Shown here: piece after piece, positions 62,695 to 64,000 of the stretch | Position numbering within the stretch: position 1 is the first letter of the stretch | Layout of the letters: the number at the start of each line of letters is the position of its first letter | NCBI GenBank assembly: GCA_019323515.1 | Contig: JAHWHG010000015.1 | Location: forward strand, 11,375 to 75,374 | Reading direction: 5' to 3' | Source of the DNA: Candidatus Woesearchaeota archaeon | Lineage (GTDB): Archaea; Nanobdellota; Nanobdellia; Woesearchaeales; JAHWHD01 | DNA length: 64,000 nucleotides | Program-made: the position numbers and the translations under genes | Notes under the pieces: model-generated | What the model saw: only the letters and a program-made list of their open reading frames with translations | Told to the model about the DNA's origin: nothing | Databases searched by the model: none

Positions 62695-62706
62695 GCTTTA
62701 TAACTT
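62695..62706 (+). promoter_or_regulatory. TATA-box-like element (leaderless)
   Basis: GCTTTATAACTT lies about 28 nt upstream of the ATG at 62729. Its flank ATAAGCTTTATAA is identical to the 30661 promoter. Confidence 0.45.
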
Positions 62707-62728
62707 ACCCTAACCAGAGATAGTTAAG

Positions 62729-63535
62729 ATGGGAGGAAGCATTGCTTTAACAATAAGAGAACCAAATGGCAAGGAGCATAGGATGTGCCGCTCGACAAAA
62801 ATACTGCCAAGTCTTGTCAATAACCTTAGACTTATCAACAAAGATACTTCTTTTATCCAGGGAGAACTTAAACCTTGGTACGAGATGCGCGAGGACTACC
62901 TTAAGCACGAAAAGGAATGGCTCGCAATCCAGAAAAAGCATGATAGTTGTGCAATAAGAGATTCTCCATTTGAAAATAATATGACCTCATGCTATGGAGA
63001 CCATCCATTTCTGGCACCAACTGGTTATGGTCTTGTTGTGATTGACATGTTAAAAGATCAAATCCTAAGCACCCAGGGATATACGTGTCTTGGAAATATC
63101 TATGGGATACAAATCAGACACGACCTTAGAGAAGATATTGGCGGTGGTCACACAGTTCTTTACATCGGCCCTGAAGACAAAAGACCTAAAAGGAAAGGAC
63201 TGCTTGCATTTGATTCAGACGATGAATACTCCAATGCGATGAGATTCAAGGCATTATATGAAGCTGGGAAGGTAAAAAAAGCTGTCAACGAGATGAGTGG
63301 AGAGATTATTCCGCTTGAAGGAAAATCACTTGAAGAGATTGCTGATATGGTCATGAAGTCTCACGACCTTGTTTTCCCTATTGACTTCTCACCATTCACC
63401 ATCAGAGACTATGCTGAATGTGATAAAGAAGACGCAATAGTAATGCGTTCAAGGATTGAAGAACTCGGCTTTACACTTTCTGACAAGGAGAAAGAACTCT
63501 GGGACTCCTGGGTTAAAGAGATGGACGAGGAATAA
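62729..63535 (+). CDS. hypothetical protein (268 aa)
   Basis: Clean ORF with no family recognised. Confidence 0.55.
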   Translation: MGGSIALTIREPNGKEHRMCRSTKILPSLVNNLRLINKDTSFIQGELKPWYEMREDYLKHEKEWLAIQKKHDSCAIRDSPFENNMTSCYGDHPFLAPTGYGLVVIDMLKDQILSTQGYTCLGNIYGIQIRHDLREDIGGGHTVLYIGPEDKRPKRKGLLAFDSDDEYSNAMRFKALYEAGKVKKAVNEMSGEIIPLEGKSLEEIADMVMKSHDLVFPIDFSPFTIRDYAECDKEDAIVMRSRIEELGFTLSDKEKELWDSWVKEMDEE

Positions 63536-63536
63536 T

Positions 63537-64000
63537 TTATTCTAGAATCTTTGCAACACTAGCATCAGCAAATATCTTCATTGTATCAAATATCTTAAGT
63601 ATAGGATGTTCTGGTATCAAAAGCTGAAGATCAGTGCAAGCTAATATCACGCAGTCAACATCCTTAAAACCATTGATTATCTCTATCAACTCCTCTCTAT
63701 CCTTATTGTTCTGCATCCCTTTCACAAGATTAAGTATAATCCTCCCCATCCTAGCCTGCTGAAAACCGTCAGGAGTCATATAACCAATCCCTTCTTTCTC
63801 AAAAGCATTTTCATACAGCTTATTCTTTATAGTCGCTGATGTAGAAACAATTCCAACCCTCTTATATTCATTCTGTTTTATGAACTTCACAGTCTCCTCG
63901 ATTATACTAAGAACAGGAACACTGACAGCTTCCCTGATATTCTCTATAAACACGTGCAGGGAATTGCAAGGCATCACAATAAAATCTGCACCTGCTTCCT
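63537..64000 (-). CDS. aspartate/glutamate racemase family protein, 5' end beyond the window
   Basis: ...EAGADFIVMPCNSLH (first catalytic Cys motif) and VILACTDL (second). The ORF stays open to the window edge upstream of the track's Met. Confidence 0.8.
   Translation of the reverse strand, partial: EAGADFIVMPCNSLHVFIENIREAVSVPVLSIIEETVKFIKQNEYKRVGIVSTSATIKNKLYENAFEKEGIGYMTPDGFQQARMGRIILNLVKGMQNNKDREELIEIINGFKDVDCVILACTDLQLLIPEHPILKIFDTMKIFADASVAKILE

Noticed and set aside
1-64000. Search for CRISPR arrays, tRNA/rRNA genes, integrases, transposases, inteins and reverse transcriptase (DGR)
   Set aside because: I saw no regularly spaced direct repeats, no tRNA T-loop/acceptor patterns, no rRNA-like GC-rich untranslated blocks, and no recombinase or RT motifs in any ORF. 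The accessory right-hand part therefore cannot be called a mobile element on present evidence.

Overview
Gene-dense, low-GC archaeal chromosomal segment. Hand counts of single 60-nt lines give about 35-53% GC. The content fits a small-genome, DPANN-like archaeon, but that placement is inference. From 0 to 42 kb there is an informational core: uS12-uS7, eS19/PDCD5-like/eL39/eL31, Cbf5, eL15, Bud32, Pth2, a Dph2-like gene and the classical exosome superoperon (Pop5-PsmA-SBDS-Rrp4-Rrp41-Rrp42-RpoK). Envelope and redox genes are interspersed: two Trx-CcdA fusions, a tandem DsbA, a bacterial-type Lgt, a Ca/Na antiporter, a membrane Ser/Thr kinase with a duplicated ectodomain, NAD kinase, Grx, Fdx and an FdhA-like molybdoenzyme. 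From 42.8 to 63.5 kb the window is mostly accessory and orphan genes. These include a CYTH/TTM-like + dNK-like kinase + Pol-beta-NTase-like cassette with its own wHTH regulator, an 805-aa orphan, and a cluster of Cys-rich exported proteins and lipoproteins. They also include a transcription unit for two oppositely charged micropeptides, and an AAA+(MoxR/CbbQ type)-vWA operon with tiny upstream ORFs, a repeated leader module and a TrmB-linked palindrome. First genes of operons typically sit about 26 nt downstream of a CTTTATAAA-type TATA box (leaderless), and internal cistrons carry strong GGAGG sites. I recognised no rRNA, tRNA, CRISPR array, integrase or transposase. Many track ORFs are antisense shadows. 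Several real-looking ORFs under 60 aa (eL39 and the micropeptides) are missing from the track.
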